A DNA stretch of 64,000 nucleotides, from positions 9,882 through 73,881 of the forward strand of contig JBFGZE010000008.1 of assembly GCA_041586955.1 (NCBI GenBank), written 5' to 3'. Both the position numbers and the translations under genes were made by a program. Source of the DNA: Bacteriovoracaceae bacterium. Its GTDB lineage: Bacteria; Bdellovibrionota; Bacteriovoracia; Bacteriovoracales; Bacteriovoracaceae. Below are positions 38,033 through 48,811 of the stretch, piece after piece (positions within the stretch are counted from its first letter, which is position 1; every line of letters begins with the position of its first letter). The notes under the pieces were generated by a model. It saw only the letters and a program-made list of their open reading frames with translations, was not told the DNA's origin and did not search any database.

Positions 38033-38749
38033 ATGGCGAAAAAACGGTCATCCATTTTTAGGGACGAAGATGAAATCAGCCCTGAAACTATTAGACGTTA
38101 TAATGAGCGGCTCAAATTTCTCCGAAAGGGTCTTGAATACTCGCAGGCCAACGATTTGCCGCGCGCGGTAGAAGCTTATAATTATTATCTCAGGGCAATT
38201 ACCAATTACAACCAAATTGAAGAAGGGAAATTGCGCCCAAAACATTTTGACACCGAAAAAGATATGGCCGAAATTCTTCTTATAAGTCATGTCTATTGGG
38301 ACTTGGCGAAAATATACGATAAATCGCCCAATCTTCATATCGAATCTATACGCTGCCTTAATCAATTTCTTATTTTTAGCCTCGGCTTCAAGTTCCAATA
38401 CATCAATGCCCGCATGCTTCGAAACTTTTGCCGCAAGGGCAAGGCCCACAATATTAAGGCCTTTAAAGATGCCTATGAGAAAATGAAGGTTGAGTCCAAG
38501 GATTGCTTTATCGCAACTCAATTATTAGGAGAACAATCAACTACAACAATAAATTTGAGAGAATTTCGCAATTGTCTTTATAAAAATAGATTAGGCTTTA
38601 TCGTAAATACCTATTATTATCTAAGCCCAAAATTAATACAGCTTAATTACCGTAGTAAGTCTTTTCGCTTCTTCTCAAATATTATTATTAGGCCTAGTTT
38701 AATTGCTATTTCCCATTTAACCCATTGGTGTCAATCTAAATGTCAATAA
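38033..38749 (+). CDS. TPR-like helical protein with a C-terminal CFI-box-CTERM-like domain
   Basis: Helical repeats, then DCFIATQLLGEQSTTTINLREFRNCL...FIVNTYYYLSPKL. Confidence 0.7.
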   Translation: MAKKRSSIFRDEDEISPETIRRYNERLKFLRKGLEYSQANDLPRAVEAYNYYLRAITNYNQIEEGKLRPKHFDTEKDMAEILLISHVYWDLAKIYDKSPNLHIESIRCLNQFLIFSLGFKFQYINARMLRNFCRKGKAHNIKAFKDAYEKMKVESKDCFIATQLLGEQSTTTINLREFRNCLYKNRLGFIVNTYYYLSPKLIQLNYRSKSFRFFSNIIIRPSLIAISHLTHWCQSKCQ

Positions 38750-39843
38750 TCAGACGGCTCGTCATATTTGAATGGTTTAAGTTTTTCAATGGTGCCTTTG
38801 TTCTCCTATTATTATTACTCACTATCGCCAACCTCATTTCGGGCTTTCTAAGAGTAAACGTGACCCCATGGGAAGTTATTCTTAACCATTTAATTGAAAT
38901 GCCGGCCTCACTTAAGAAGATTCTTCCTATTTCATGCTTAGTCGCTTCCCTTTTTAGTATCAATAAACTAAAAAGCCGTAGCGAACTGACTGCCATCTTT
39001 TCAATTGGTTATTCACGAAAGCAGTACATCTTTGATCTCATTATCTGTGCCACAATTGTCGCATCGCTTCAATTCATTTCCTCTTCCTTTCTCGAGCCTT
39101 TTATTAAAAGTAATAAAGATCACCTTATTGCCAATAGTGAAAGTAAATTCCGAAACCTTAAGCGAAAAGGTCTATTGGCCTCTACTATTTCTAGTGGACA
39201 TTTTTGGTATAAAGATAAGAATTATTTTTTATCCTTTGACGCCTTTGATAAGGCCAATTACTCAATCAAAAATGCCGTGATTTACCAATTTTCAGGTTCT
39301 CTCATCCAAAAGATCACATTTGGGAAAGAAATATCTTGGGTCGATAATGCCTGGCGTATTCATCAAGGGGTCAACTTTCTAAATTTACATGAGGAAAAGA
39401 CTTTCCCCTCAATTCATCATGAAAAGGATTATGTTCCCTATCTCAACCTGACACCTGACGATTTCTTACAGCTTGATTCTGACATTACAACACTCAATAT
39501 TTTTAATCTTCGTAAATATATTACGAAGCTTAAATCCAATCAGATTAACACCAATGAATATGAAGTTTTATTTTACGAAAAAATATCGACTTCTCTTATT
39601 TGTATTATTTTCGCCATCATATCGGCCTTACCTATTTTCAACCCTAATAGAAGAAATAGCAGCTTTGGTCGAAGCGTTGTCTTTATTTTTGTTTTTACTA
39701 TATTTTATTGGCTTATCAACAGCTACTTTATTGAACTAGGAAAGAGCTCAAAACTGAATCCTATCCTCAGTTGCTTTGGTGTGCATGTGCTATTTACTCT
39801 TTTTCTCATTAAAGTCTTTCACAAAAATCGGCAATTAAATTAA
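38740..39843 (+). CDS. LptF/LptG-family LPS export permease
   Basis: 3+3 TM arrangement, LKSRSELTAIFSIGYS motif and a periplasmic jellyroll region. Confidence 0.88.
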   Translation: MSIIRRLVIFEWFKFFNGAFVLLLLLLTIANLISGFLRVNVTPWEVILNHLIEMPASLKKILPISCLVASLFSINKLKSRSELTAIFSIGYSRKQYIFDLIICATIVASLQFISSSFLEPFIKSNKDHLIANSESKFRNLKRKGLLASTISSGHFWYKDKNYFLSFDAFDKANYSIKNAVIYQFSGSLIQKITFGKEISWVDNAWRIHQGVNFLNLHEEKTFPSIHHEKDYVPYLNLTPDDFLQLDSDITTLNIFNLRKYITKLKSNQINTNEYEVLFYEKISTSLICIIFAIISALPIFNPNRRNSSFGRSVVFIFVFTIFYWLINSYFIELGKSSKLNPILSCFGVHVLFTLFLIKVFHKNRQLN

Positions 39844-41409
39844 ATGAAAAATAAAGTCCTATTTTCTACCATCTTTTTCTTCTTTCTCGCGATCCTATTC
39901 GTTGATATCGGTAATATCGATGGGATGCGCCAAGGTACGGAAGGGTTTTATCTTAAAGTATTTAAGGAAATGATTGCCCGCGATAGCATACAAATACCTT
40001 ATTATAATGGTAATCCCCATTGGTCTAAACCACCTTTCCATTTTTGGACAGCGATCTTAACACATAAACTTTTCCCTTTTACCAGCTTCATTACTTCTGG
40101 CCGTGTTTCTGTTTTCATCATTTCGTTTTTACTTCTATTTTTGATTGCTCATTATTTAAAATTAATTTTTGGTACCAAAAAAATTATTACCCTTTCGGTT
40201 TTCATGGCGTCGGTTTTTTTTATAAAATATTCACGCATTTATATGATGGAAATCAGTCTTGCCTTCCTCACTTTTTTATCTAATCTTATTTATCTACGTT
40301 ATATTAATACCAAATCTAAAAAAGATCTTTTTGGAGCTTCAGTAGCACTTGCTTTCGCTTGCCTCGTAAAAGGCCCGGTTGCTTTAGCTATGGCCATTCC
40401 ACCCATTCTTTTAACGAGCGTTAATAGACATAATCTTCTAAAAATAAAAACTTATATGGGCCCAGCGCTGCTCATTCTTTTCTCCTTATCCCTTTCGAGT
40501 ATATGGTATATCCTTTGCTTTTTAGATTTTGGACAGGAATTTATTAATTATTTCTTTCTTAGAGAAAACTTAGGTAAATTTAGTTCTAAAAGCTATCCTA
40601 TTAAAAACCTATTTGAAGGTTTTCTCCTTTATGGTTTACCTTGGACTCTTTTAATAGGGTCGATATGGAAAACGAAAAAACAATTGACTAAAAACTCAAA
40701 TACCCTTTATCTCATTGTCTGTTCTATTTTTTATTTTCTCATCTGGCTTATTCCGAGTCAGCGCTCTCATCATTACGCACTTCCCTCTTTGACGGCATTT
40801 TTGGCCATCGTATCTATTTATCTCCATCAAAATCAAGATAAGAGGTCCCCACTATTTGGTGGCCTAGTCTATTTTATCATTTTCATCGGCCTTATTATTA
40901 ATGCCCTTCTTTTTTATTTTTCACTTGCTAATGGACTTACTTACGCTGCCATTATTATTTTGATTCTCGCTATGGTCTGGTCACTTAAATCAAAACAGTC
41001 TGCGCTAAAACTAAGTGCCAGCTTTTTTCTAAGCTTTTGCTCAATATGGAACTTTAGCCTAACAGCTGTTTATCTACCGGTAATTCCCTATCATGTCGCC
41101 CAACAGGTTACATCAAGGCCACTCGCCGTTATTTTCAGAAAGCCCCTCTACATGGAAGAGACATTACAAAAAACTGTTATTGTGCTGAATAAATATACTG
41201 TGAATAATGAGCTTTCTAAAAACCGTCATATTAAACAAATTATTCTCAATAAAAATGAGTTGAACTTTCTGGGGCATAATTACGAAATTATAAAGACTTG
41301 GCCTCTATGGAAACGAGGTATTAACGCTCGTGATATTTTTATGGCAATTCGCCAACAAAATCTCCATATCTTGCAAGACAATTATGTTCTTATTAGGCTC
41401 CTTCAATAA
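39844..41409 (+). CDS. ArnT-family (GT-C, GT83/39) lipid-linked glycosyltransferase
   Basis: EGFY...PYYNGNPHWSKPPFHFW, LVKGP and multiple TMs. Confidence 0.85.
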   Translation: MKNKVLFSTIFFFFLAILFVDIGNIDGMRQGTEGFYLKVFKEMIARDSIQIPYYNGNPHWSKPPFHFWTAILTHKLFPFTSFITSGRVSVFIISFLLLFLIAHYLKLIFGTKKIITLSVFMASVFFIKYSRIYMMEISLAFLTFLSNLIYLRYINTKSKKDLFGASVALAFACLVKGPVALAMAIPPILLTSVNRHNLLKIKTYMGPALLILFSLSLSSIWYILCFLDFGQEFINYFFLRENLGKFSSKSYPIKNLFEGFLLYGLPWTLLIGSIWKTKKQLTKNSNTLYLIVCSIFYFLIWLIPSQRSHHYALPSLTAFLAIVSIYLHQNQDKRSPLFGGLVYFIIFIGLIINALLFYFSLANGLTYAAIIILILAMVWSLKSKQSALKLSASFFLSFCSIWNFSLTAVYLPVIPYHVAQQVTSRPLAVIFRKPLYMEETLQKTVIVLNKYTVNNELSKNRHIKQIILNKNELNFLGHNYEIIKTWPLWKRGINARDIFMAIRQQNLHILQDNYVLIRLLQ

Positions 41410-41653
41410 TTGTTTTGATCATAAAGCTTTGTTTTTTACAATGAACCTATGCGATCAAGATTGATTATTAACGAGACTTCACTTCCATAACCCTTTTGGC
41501 GATAATTTTGTTTTTATTGCTTTTTCACGTATCACTTAAGTAATTGATTTTTCTTAATATGGTAAAAATGAACCTCTTCCATTGTAAAAAAGGGTGCTTT
41601 CAAGGGCAGAATATTGGTTCGAACGAGGTTTCCTTTTCTAGACGGGAACGAGC

Positions 41654-41682
41654 TAGACCCTTAAATATCTTCATGTTATAGT
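41654..41682 (+). promoter_or_regulatory. Sigma70 promoter for def-fmt-rpe-hut
   Basis: TAGACC-N17-TATAGT with an extended TG. Confidence 0.6.
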
Positions 41683-41705
41683 GGCCAGATTACGAGGTGT
41701 GTGCG

Positions 41706-42290
41706 ATGCAGAATTTCTTAGAAGACTATCAATTTGAAGGTCAATTATTAAAAATTATTGAATATCCTTCCCCCATCCTAAAAAAAGTGGCCGACCCAGT
41801 TGAAACCTTCGACGATAACCTGCGAATCCTTATCAAAAATATGCTCTACACAATGTATAATGCTCCTGGTGTCGGCCTAGCGGCCCCTCAGATTGGAGTT
41901 AGTCAGCGTATTTTCGTTATCGATACAGATTTCGAGCGAGAGATTATCACCAATGCTGCTGGTGAAGAGGAAGTTCGACTAACTAATTTTAACCCTCTTG
42001 TTTTCATCAATCCTGTTTTCCAGAGTAAAGATGGTGAAATCACCTACGAAGAGGGTTGTCTCAGTGTCCCGGGTATTTACGAAGAAGTGAAACGAGCGGA
42101 AACAATTGAAGTTTCGTATCAAGATATGTTTGGCAATAATCATGTCTTAAATGCAGATGCCCTTTTATCTGTATGTATTCAACATGAAAATGATCATCTC
42201 GAAGGTATTGTCTTTTTAGAACGCCTAAGTCTTTTAAAAAGAAACCTATTAACTAAGAAGTTTCTTAAACAGAAAAAAAAGAATAAATAA
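41706..42290 (+). CDS. def: Peptide deformylase (start likely the ATG at 41706 behind GAGGTG)
   Basis: GVGLAAPQIG, EGCLS and QHENDHLEG motifs. Confidence 0.97.
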   Translation: MQNFLEDYQFEGQLLKIIEYPSPILKKVADPVETFDDNLRILIKNMLYTMYNAPGVGLAAPQIGVSQRIFVIDTDFEREIITNAAGEEEVRLTNFNPLVFINPVFQSKDGEITYEEGCLSVPGIYEEVKRAETIEVSYQDMFGNNHVLNADALLSVCIQHENDHLEGIVFLERLSLLKRNLLTKKFLKQKKKNK

Positions 42291-42293
42291 CAA

Positions 42294-43250
42294 ATGAAAA
42301 AACTTAATATTGTATTCTGCGGAACTCCTGAATTTGCAATTCCCATCGTCCAGCAATTATTTGATAATGATTTTATTAATATTAAATATATTGTTTCTAT
42401 GCCCGATCGGCCTGCGGGGAGAGGAAAACAATTAAAATCTCCTCCAGTCGCTAATTTTGCAAAAGAAAATAATATTCCTCTTTTACAAACTCCTAATATT
42501 AACAAGGAGGAAAAGTGGCTAAAGGTTATGGAGGAAAGTGAAGTAGACTTCATCATGGTCTTGGCCTTCGCTCAATTTTTAGGAAATAAAATATTAAGTT
42601 TACCCAAACTTGGCTGCTTTAATATTCATACCTCTCTCCTTCCCAAGTATAGAGGTGCCGCCCCTATTCAATATGCTTTGTTAAATGGTGATACTGAAAC
42701 AGGTATTACGATTCAAAAAATGGTTAAGAAAATGGATGCTGGGGATATCGTAATGCAAGAAAGGGTTGCAATCTCCCCTCAGGAAACTAGTGAAACCCTC
42801 TTTAATAAATTAAGTATCGAATCCGCTAGACTTATTCCCAAATTTATTAATTCTATTGTAAGCGATAAACTTGAATATATTGTTCAAGATGAATCCTTGG
42901 CAAGCTTTGCCCCTTCAATTCAAAAAGAAGAAGGCCTTATTGATTTTACCGTTCAAAACTCCGCTTTAATCATCAATAAGCTTAAAGCGTTTTTCCCTTG
43001 GCCTGGTTGCTTTTGTTTTTTAAATGGGAAACGGCTCAAAATTTTAGAGGCCGAAATTTTTAAAGGTAAAACGTTGTCGCCAGGACAAATTGATATCACC
43101 CTTAACCACCTGCTTGTTGGGACGGCCGATGGTAAAACAATACGGCTCTCTCAAATTCAATTAGAGGGGAAAAGGCCATGTGCTGATACCCAATTACTAA
43201 ATGGTTTACAGGGTAAAGCAATCCTCCTTTCCCCCCGCCAAGAGGAATAA
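42294..43250 (+). CDS. fmt: Methionyl-tRNA formyltransferase
   Basis: FCGTPEFA, PDRPAGRG, NIHTSLLPKYRGAAPIQ and MDAGD motifs. Confidence 0.97.
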   Translation: MKKLNIVFCGTPEFAIPIVQQLFDNDFINIKYIVSMPDRPAGRGKQLKSPPVANFAKENNIPLLQTPNINKEEKWLKVMEESEVDFIMVLAFAQFLGNKILSLPKLGCFNIHTSLLPKYRGAAPIQYALLNGDTETGITIQKMVKKMDAGDIVMQERVAISPQETSETLFNKLSIESARLIPKFINSIVSDKLEYIVQDESLASFAPSIQKEEGLIDFTVQNSALIINKLKAFFPWPGCFCFLNGKRLKILEAEIFKGKTLSPGQIDITLNHLLVGTADGKTIRLSQIQLEGKRPCADTQLLNGLQGKAILLSPRQEE

Positions 43251-43252
43251 TC

Positions 43253-43903
43253 ATGACAATCATTTCACCTAGTATATTGGCCGCCAATTTCCTCCAATTG
43301 CAATCTGAGATAGAGCGCCTGGAAAAGCTTCCTAATATCTGGCTTCATCTTGACATTATGGACGGCCACTTTGTCCCTAATATGACCTTTGGTCTCCCCT
43401 TTATTAAACAGATTCGAAAAGTAACAGATTTGAAACTGGATGGTCATTTTATGGTCACCAATCCCGAATTTTACGTCGAAAAGCTCGATAAAGATGATCT
43501 TTATAATTTTACGTTTCACCTTGAGGCCACAGAGAACCCCACTTCTCTTATCAAAAAGGCAAAAGAAAAATTTTCGAGTGTTGGTATTTCGATTAAGCCT
43601 CACACCAAGGTTGAACTTTTAACGCCTGAGCTTCTCGAACAATTAGATCTTATTCTTATTATGTCCGTCGAGCCAGGGTTCGGCGGTCAAGCTTTTATGC
43701 CAGAGAGCCTTGAAAAAATAAAATACCTTTCTCCTCTTGCTGAAAAATATGACTTTCAAATACAAATTGATGGTGGCATTAACGATATTACTGCTAAAGA
43801 TGCTATCTCTTCTGGCGCTCACAACTTAGTTGCTGGGTCATTCATTTTCAAAGAACCAAGCTTTAATTATAAAAAACAAGTTGAAATATTAAGGAACCAA
43901 TAA
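43253..43903 (+). CDS. rpe: Ribulose-phosphate 3-epimerase
   Basis: SPSIL, HLDIMDGHFVPN, MSVEPGFGGQ and IDGGI motifs. Confidence 0.97.
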   Translation: MTIISPSILAANFLQLQSEIERLEKLPNIWLHLDIMDGHFVPNMTFGLPFIKQIRKVTDLKLDGHFMVTNPEFYVEKLDKDDLYNFTFHLEATENPTSLIKKAKEKFSSVGISIKPHTKVELLTPELLEQLDLILIMSVEPGFGGQAFMPESLEKIKYLSPLAEKYDFQIQIDGGINDITAKDAISSGAHNLVAGSFIFKEPSFNYKKQVEILRNQ

Positions 43904-45450
43904 TGTCGACAAAAACTAACCTTATACTTAATGGCCATGATCTTACGATAGAAGATGTATTTGCCGTAGCTCGTTCTTCTAAAGGGAAAATAGAGATTAC
44001 GATTGACCCCCAATCACTCAAAAAAATGCAACAGTCACGCGACTATGTTTACGATATCGTCAAAAAAGGCGCTCCTGTTTATGGGATCAATACTGGTTTT
44101 GGTGCTCTTTCCAATATGCATATTGCTGACAAAGACCTTTCGACCCTACAAATAAACCTGATTCGCTCTCATTGCACAGGAGTTGGTGCCCCATTTTCCA
44201 AGGAAATCACACGGGCCATTATGCTTTTACGGGCAAATTGTTTAGTTTCTGGCTACTCAGGTGTTAACCCTGACATTGTTCAATTAATTATCGATTTTCT
44301 CAATCATGACATTACCCCAATTGTGCCGTCGAAAGGATCTGTAGGTGCCTCTGGTGACCTGGCACCCCTTTCTCATATCGCACTTTGTCTAATTGGCGAA
44401 GGGATGGTCGAATACGACAATAAAACCATCAATTCTTCTTTCGCTATCAAGTCTATCAATAAGGTTCCAGCTGAGCTTGGACCGAAAGATGGCCTGGCCC
44501 TCATTAATGGTACTGCAGTAATGGCTGCATTAGGTGCCGTTGCGGCCTATCAGGCCAAAAAAATTATGAAGCTTGCCGATATTATTTCTTGTGTCACTCT
44601 TGATGGACTACAGGGAACCTATAAGGCCTTTGACCCCTTGATAACTTCTTTAAAACCCCATCTCGGGCAAGAAGAAACCACTGAAAATATTAATAAAATT
44701 ATTGAGGGCTCTGAAATTGTTAAGGCCCATGAGAATTGCGGAAAAGTTCAAGACCCTTATTCACTACGGTGCATTCCACAGGTTCATGGGGCCTGCCGAC
44801 AAACCTTGTTTCACACCTGGAGTGTCTTATCGACGGAACTAAACGCAGTTACTGATAATCCGCTTATTTTTGTCGATGAAGATAAGGTAATCTCTGGTGG
44901 TAATTTTCATGGAGAGGCCATTGCTCTCGCCATGGATTATTTATGCATGGGCCTTTCTGAAATTGCCAGTATTTCTGAAAGAAGAGTCGAGAAAATGATG
45001 AACCCATCGTTCTCTGAACTGCCGGCCTTTCTTACTAAAAATAGCGGTCTTAATAGTGGACTGATGATTGCGCATGTTACCTCTGCCGCCTTGGCATCAG
45101 AAAATAAATATCTTTGCCACCCAGCTTCCGTCGACTCCATCCCTACATCAACAGATAAAGAAGACCATGTTTCAATGGGTGTGACATCTGGCCGAAAACT
45201 ATATGAAATATTAGATAATGTTAAAAACTGCCTTGCGATTGAACTTTTATGTAGCACACAAGCTATCGAATTCCTTCGCCCATTAAAATCGTCTCCTGCT
45301 GTCGAGGAAGTATTTCGTCTTATCCGTAAACACGTTGAACCAATTGAAGAAGATCGTGTCTTTCACCACGATATTAAAAAAATATTTAATTTAATTGATA
45401 ATGGTGAAATCCTCAATGCAGTAGAACAAGCAATAGGAGAAATCAAATGA
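43903..45450 (+). CDS. hutH: Histidine ammonia-lyase
   Basis: [16 protein letters not shown]-forming ASG (GASGDLAPL), QDPYSLRC and EDHVSMG. Confidence 0.96.
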   Translation: MSTKTNLILNGHDLTIEDVFAVARSSKGKIEITIDPQSLKKMQQSRDYVYDIVKKGAPVYGINTGFGALSNMHIADKDLSTLQINLIRSHCTGVGAPFSKEITRAIMLLRANCLVSGYSGVNPDIVQLIIDFLNHDITPIVPSKGSVGASGDLAPLSHIALCLIGEGMVEYDNKTINSSFAIKSINKVPAELGPKDGLALINGTAVMAALGAVAAYQAKKIMKLADIISCVTLDGLQGTYKAFDPLITSLKPHLGQEETTENINKIIEGSEIVKAHENCGKVQDPYSLRCIPQVHGACRQTLFHTWSVLSTELNAVTDNPLIFVDEDKVISGGNFHGEAIALAMDYLCMGLSEIASISERRVEKMMNPSFSELPAFLTKNSGLNSGLMIAHVTSAALASENKYLCHPASVDSIPTSTDKEDHVSMGVTSGRKLYEILDNVKNCLAIELLCSTQAIEFLRPLKSSPAVEEVFRLIRKHVEPIEEDRVFHHDIKKIFNLIDNGEILNAVEQAIGEIK

Positions 45451-47108
45451 GCAATCAAACAAATATTCCTCTTCCCAAAACAGGTAGCGAATTAGAGTGC
45501 AAGGGGTGGCATCAGGAAGCAGCTTTAAGATGCCTCTTGAATAATCTACATCCAGATGTTGCCGAAGACCGCGATAATTTAATTGTTTATGGTGGCAATG
45601 GACAAGCGGCACGAAACCATAAGGCATTCAATGATATAATTCATAGCTTAAAAAATTTAGAAAATAATGAAACCCTTCTTATCCAATCGGGAAAACCAGT
45701 GGCAATAATGCCCAGCCATTCCCATGGACCAAGGGTGCTGATCGCAAACTCCAATCTTGTCCCAGAATGGGCAAACTGGGATCACTTTAATAAATTAAAA
45801 GAAAACAACCTCTTTATGTATGGTCAAATGACGGCCGGGTCATGGATCTATATTGGCTCACAAGGCATTCTTCAAGGAACTTATGAAACATTTATGGCCG
45901 CTGCGGAAAAGCATTATGGAACAGGCTCAAACCTAAGCGGCAAACTTGTTCTCAGCGCGGGCCTAGGAGGTATGGGTGGGGCCCAGCCTCTAGCAGTCAA
46001 AATGGCATCAGGTGTTTTTCTAGGTTGCGATATCGATCCTAGTCGTATTCAAAAAAGACTGGATACGAAATACCTTGATATTCTCTGTGATAATTTTGAC
46101 CAGGCGATCGAAGAGGCCCTCAAGGCCAAAGAGTCCAAAAAAGCCATCTCTATTGGTGTTGTTGGCAATGCTGCTGACTTTTTCGACTATGTTTTTAATA
46201 AAGGTATTCTACCTGATTTAGTCACAGATCAAACCTCAGCTCATGACCCACTTAATGGTTATGTGCCAAATAAGATGTCCCTTGAGGAAGCTTTTGCGCT
46301 AAGAAGCAAAGATCCTTCTCTCTATACAAAGTTAAGTTATCAAACAATGGGCCAGCATGTTGTGGCCATGCTTAATTTTCAAAAGCAAGGTTGTCACGTT
46401 TTTGACTACGGCAATAATTTAAGGGCCGGTGCTTTAAAACATGGAATTGAAAATGCATTTGACTTTCCTGGCTTCGTCCCCGCTTATATCCGCCCACTTT
46501 TTTGCGAAGGCTCTGGGCCTTTCCGCTGGATTGCGCTTTCAGGCGATCCTGAAGATATTTACACCACCGACAAGGCGTTAATGGAATTATTTCCGGAAAA
46601 CAAAGGGCTAATTAATTGGCTCAAGAAGGCCCAAGAAATGGTTCAATTCCAAGGTCTCCCCAGCCGAATTTGTTGGCTCAAATATGGCGAACGCGAAAAG
46701 GCGGGATTATTATTTAATAAATTAGTTCGAGAAGGAAAAGTGAAGGCCCCAATTGTTATTGGTCGAGACCATCTCGATTGCGGTTCAGTCGCATCACCAA
46801 ATAGAGAAACAGAATCCATGTTAGACGGCACAGATGCTGTTAGTGATTGGCCATTATTAAATCTTATGATTAACACCATGAATGGTGCCTCATGGACTAG
46901 CTTTCACCATGGTGGTGGTGTCGGTATGGGATTTAGCCAACATGCTGGTATGGTCATACTCGCAGATGGAACTGAAGATATGGATCAACGATTGAGTCGT
47001 GTCCTGAACTCTGATCCAGGGATGGGAGTTGTTAGGCACGCTGACGCAGGCTATGAGACGGCCTTGAATTTTAGAAAAAATACTAATATTAAATTTCCAT
47101 CCCTATAA
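45447..47108 (+). CDS. hutU: Urocanate hydratase
   Basis: [30 protein letters not shown] and HHGGGVG motifs. Confidence 0.98.
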   Translation: MSNQTNIPLPKTGSELECKGWHQEAALRCLLNNLHPDVAEDRDNLIVYGGNGQAARNHKAFNDIIHSLKNLENNETLLIQSGKPVAIMPSHSHGPRVLIANSNLVPEWANWDHFNKLKENNLFMYGQMTAGSWIYIGSQGILQGTYETFMAAAEKHYGTGSNLSGKLVLSAGLGGMGGAQPLAVKMASGVFLGCDIDPSRIQKRLDTKYLDILCDNFDQAIEEALKAKESKKAISIGVVGNAADFFDYVFNKGILPDLVTDQTSAHDPLNGYVPNKMSLEEAFALRSKDPSLYTKLSYQTMGQHVVAMLNFQKQGCHVFDYGNNLRAGALKHGIENAFDFPGFVPAYIRPLFCEGSGPFRWIALSGDPEDIYTTDKALMELFPENKGLINWLKKAQEMVQFQGLPSRICWLKYGEREKAGLLFNKLVREGKVKAPIVIGRDHLDCGSVASPNRETESMLDGTDAVSDWPLLNLMINTMNGASWTSFHHGGGVGMGFSQHAGMVILADGTEDMDQRLSRVLNSDPGMGVVRHADAGYETALNFRKNTNIKFPSL

Positions 47109-47110
47109 TT

Positions 47111-48328
47111 ATGAAAGTTTATCATCATATTAAAGAATGTCTTACTCTTCAAGGCGCCCACTCTAAAGATGGGCGCTGCTTAGACCCTTCAGATTTAGGC
47201 AACATTAAGGATGCCTCCATTGCTTTTGATGACAATGAAATTAAATGGGTAGGTCCTTCAAGAGAGCTTCCAGAAGAATACAAGGGTTACTCGTTAATTG
47301 ATGCCTCTGACTTTGTTATTACCCCAGAATTAATTGATTGCCATACCCATCTGGTTTTCGGTGGCAATAGATCTAAAGAATATGTTGATCGGCTTAACGG
47401 CAAAGACTATCAAGAAATTGCCAAATCTGGTGGCGGAATTCTGTTTACCATGGAGCAAACCAATAAAAGTACTGACGAACAATTACTGCAAATAGCTCGT
47501 GAACGAATCCAAAAAATTGCGAACTATGGTGTTGGAACTATCGAAATTAAGAGTGGCTATTCCCTCACCTATGACGGTGAAAAAAGATTAACCTTATTAA
47601 TTAACCAATTAAAAGAAGAATTTTCCCCTTCCATTCAAATTAAGAATACTTTTATGGCGGCACACGCTATTCCTAAGGGCTTTAAGAATTCAGCTGAATT
47701 CTTAAATAAAGTAGTTTTCCCATTATTAAAAGAAATGGCCCCTCTAAATATAATCGATGCTGTCGATATTTTTCATGAAACGGGTTATTTTAATTACCAG
47801 GATACTGAAGAATTATTTATGCTGGCCCAACAATTAGGTCTCCCCGTTAAAAGCCACGCGGACGAGTTTGTCGATAATAAGGGGGCCTTACTGGCCGCTC
47901 AAAATAATGCTCTAAGTACAGATCATTTACTGTGCACCCAAAAAGATGGGATTCTCGCTTTGTCCCAGTCCAAAACTGTTGCCACCTTATTGCCTGGTAC
48001 TGGTTTTTTTCTTGGGAAAGCTCAGGCCAATGCACGCGCTTTTTTAGATGCAGGCGTAAAAGTTGCCATTGGTAGCGATTACAATCCTGGCTCCTGCCAT
48101 TTTGATAATGTCCTCTTCATAGCTTCATTGGCCGCACCTAATTATCATATGAATATTACTGAATTGTGGAGCGCAATCACATTAAATTCGGCACATGCTT
48201 TAGGTCTATATGATCAAGGGGCCATTCAAAGCGGTCTAAGGCCAAGGTTTAGTCTCTTTAAAGCAGATTGCCACGAAGATATCACTTATCATTGGGGTAA
48301 AAACTTTTTTTATTCCTCCTCACTGTAA
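47111..48328 (+). CDS. hutI: Imidazolonepropionase
   Basis: IDCHTHLVFGG, EIKSGY, HADE and SDYNPGS motifs. Confidence 0.95.
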   Translation: MKVYHHIKECLTLQGAHSKDGRCLDPSDLGNIKDASIAFDDNEIKWVGPSRELPEEYKGYSLIDASDFVITPELIDCHTHLVFGGNRSKEYVDRLNGKDYQEIAKSGGGILFTMEQTNKSTDEQLLQIARERIQKIANYGVGTIEIKSGYSLTYDGEKRLTLLINQLKEEFSPSIQIKNTFMAAHAIPKGFKNSAEFLNKVVFPLLKEMAPLNIIDAVDIFHETGYFNYQDTEELFMLAQQLGLPVKSHADEFVDNKGALLAAQNNALSTDHLLCTQKDGILALSQSKTVATLLPGTGFFLGKAQANARAFLDAGVKVAIGSDYNPGSCHFDNVLFIASLAAPNYHMNITELWSAITLNSAHALGLYDQGAIQSGLRPRFSLFKADCHEDITYHWGKNFFYSSSL

Positions 48329-48811
48329 TGTGTTGCTCTTTAATATACCGATGTGTTTTTTAATTAATTTATTGTTCCTAAACACGAAACTCGTGGGAAG
48401 CATTTCAATATTAAATTTGGGAACCCAAAATTGATCGTCATCAAATATATTTTTAAATTTAACTCGTTTTTGATTTAATAATTTTTTAGCTTTCTTTAAA
48501 TCCTGCTTTTCATCAAGATTTACTCCTATAACCGTAATATTATTTTCTTTTGACAGCTTATTTAATATGGGCAATTCTTCAATACAGGCCACGCAATATG
48601 TCGCCCAAAAATTGACAATCACCCGAGTTTTTTCATCAGGCATGGGTTCTTCAAGAAAAGTTTTTGCTAATAATTCCTTATAACTCTTTTCAAAATTGTT
48701 TATATTTTTACCAATTTCATCTTTGCCATGAACACTAAAAATTAACATTGAAGGAAGAATTAATGATATTATATTTATTAGATCGATTTTATTTTTTAAA
48801 CTTATCAACAT
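48320..48811 (-). CDS. TlpA/ResA-family thiol-disulfide oxidoreductase (start uncertain)
   Basis: VNFWATYCVACIEELP motif, cis-Pro loop MLPTS, and an N-terminal hydrophobic anchor. Confidence 0.85.
   Translation of the reverse strand: MLISLKNKIDLINIISLILPSMLIFSVHGKDEIGKNINNFEKSYKELLAKTFLEEPMPDEKTRVIVNFWATYCVACIEELPILNKLSKENNITVIGVNLDEKQDLKKAKKLLNQKRVKFKNIFDDDQFWVPKFNIEMLPTSFVFRNNKLIKKHIGILKSNTLQ

Noticed and set aside
38048..38521. 157-aa antisense ORF, and the other short overlapping ORFs in the track (e.g. 25171-25911, 42194-42556, 52471-53661, 60192-61089)
   Set aside because: They lie within or opposite well-supported genes and have no motifs; typical shadow ORFs.
41601..41675. Short minus-strand ORF MKIFKGLARSRLEKETSFEPIFCP followed by TGA
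   Set aside because: No SD, it overlaps the def promoter, and no SECIS-like hairpin or motif supports readthrough.
41410..41696. Possible oriC or dif site in the AT-rich intergenic region
   Set aside because: No TTATCCACA DnaA-box cluster and no XerC/D dif consensus seen.
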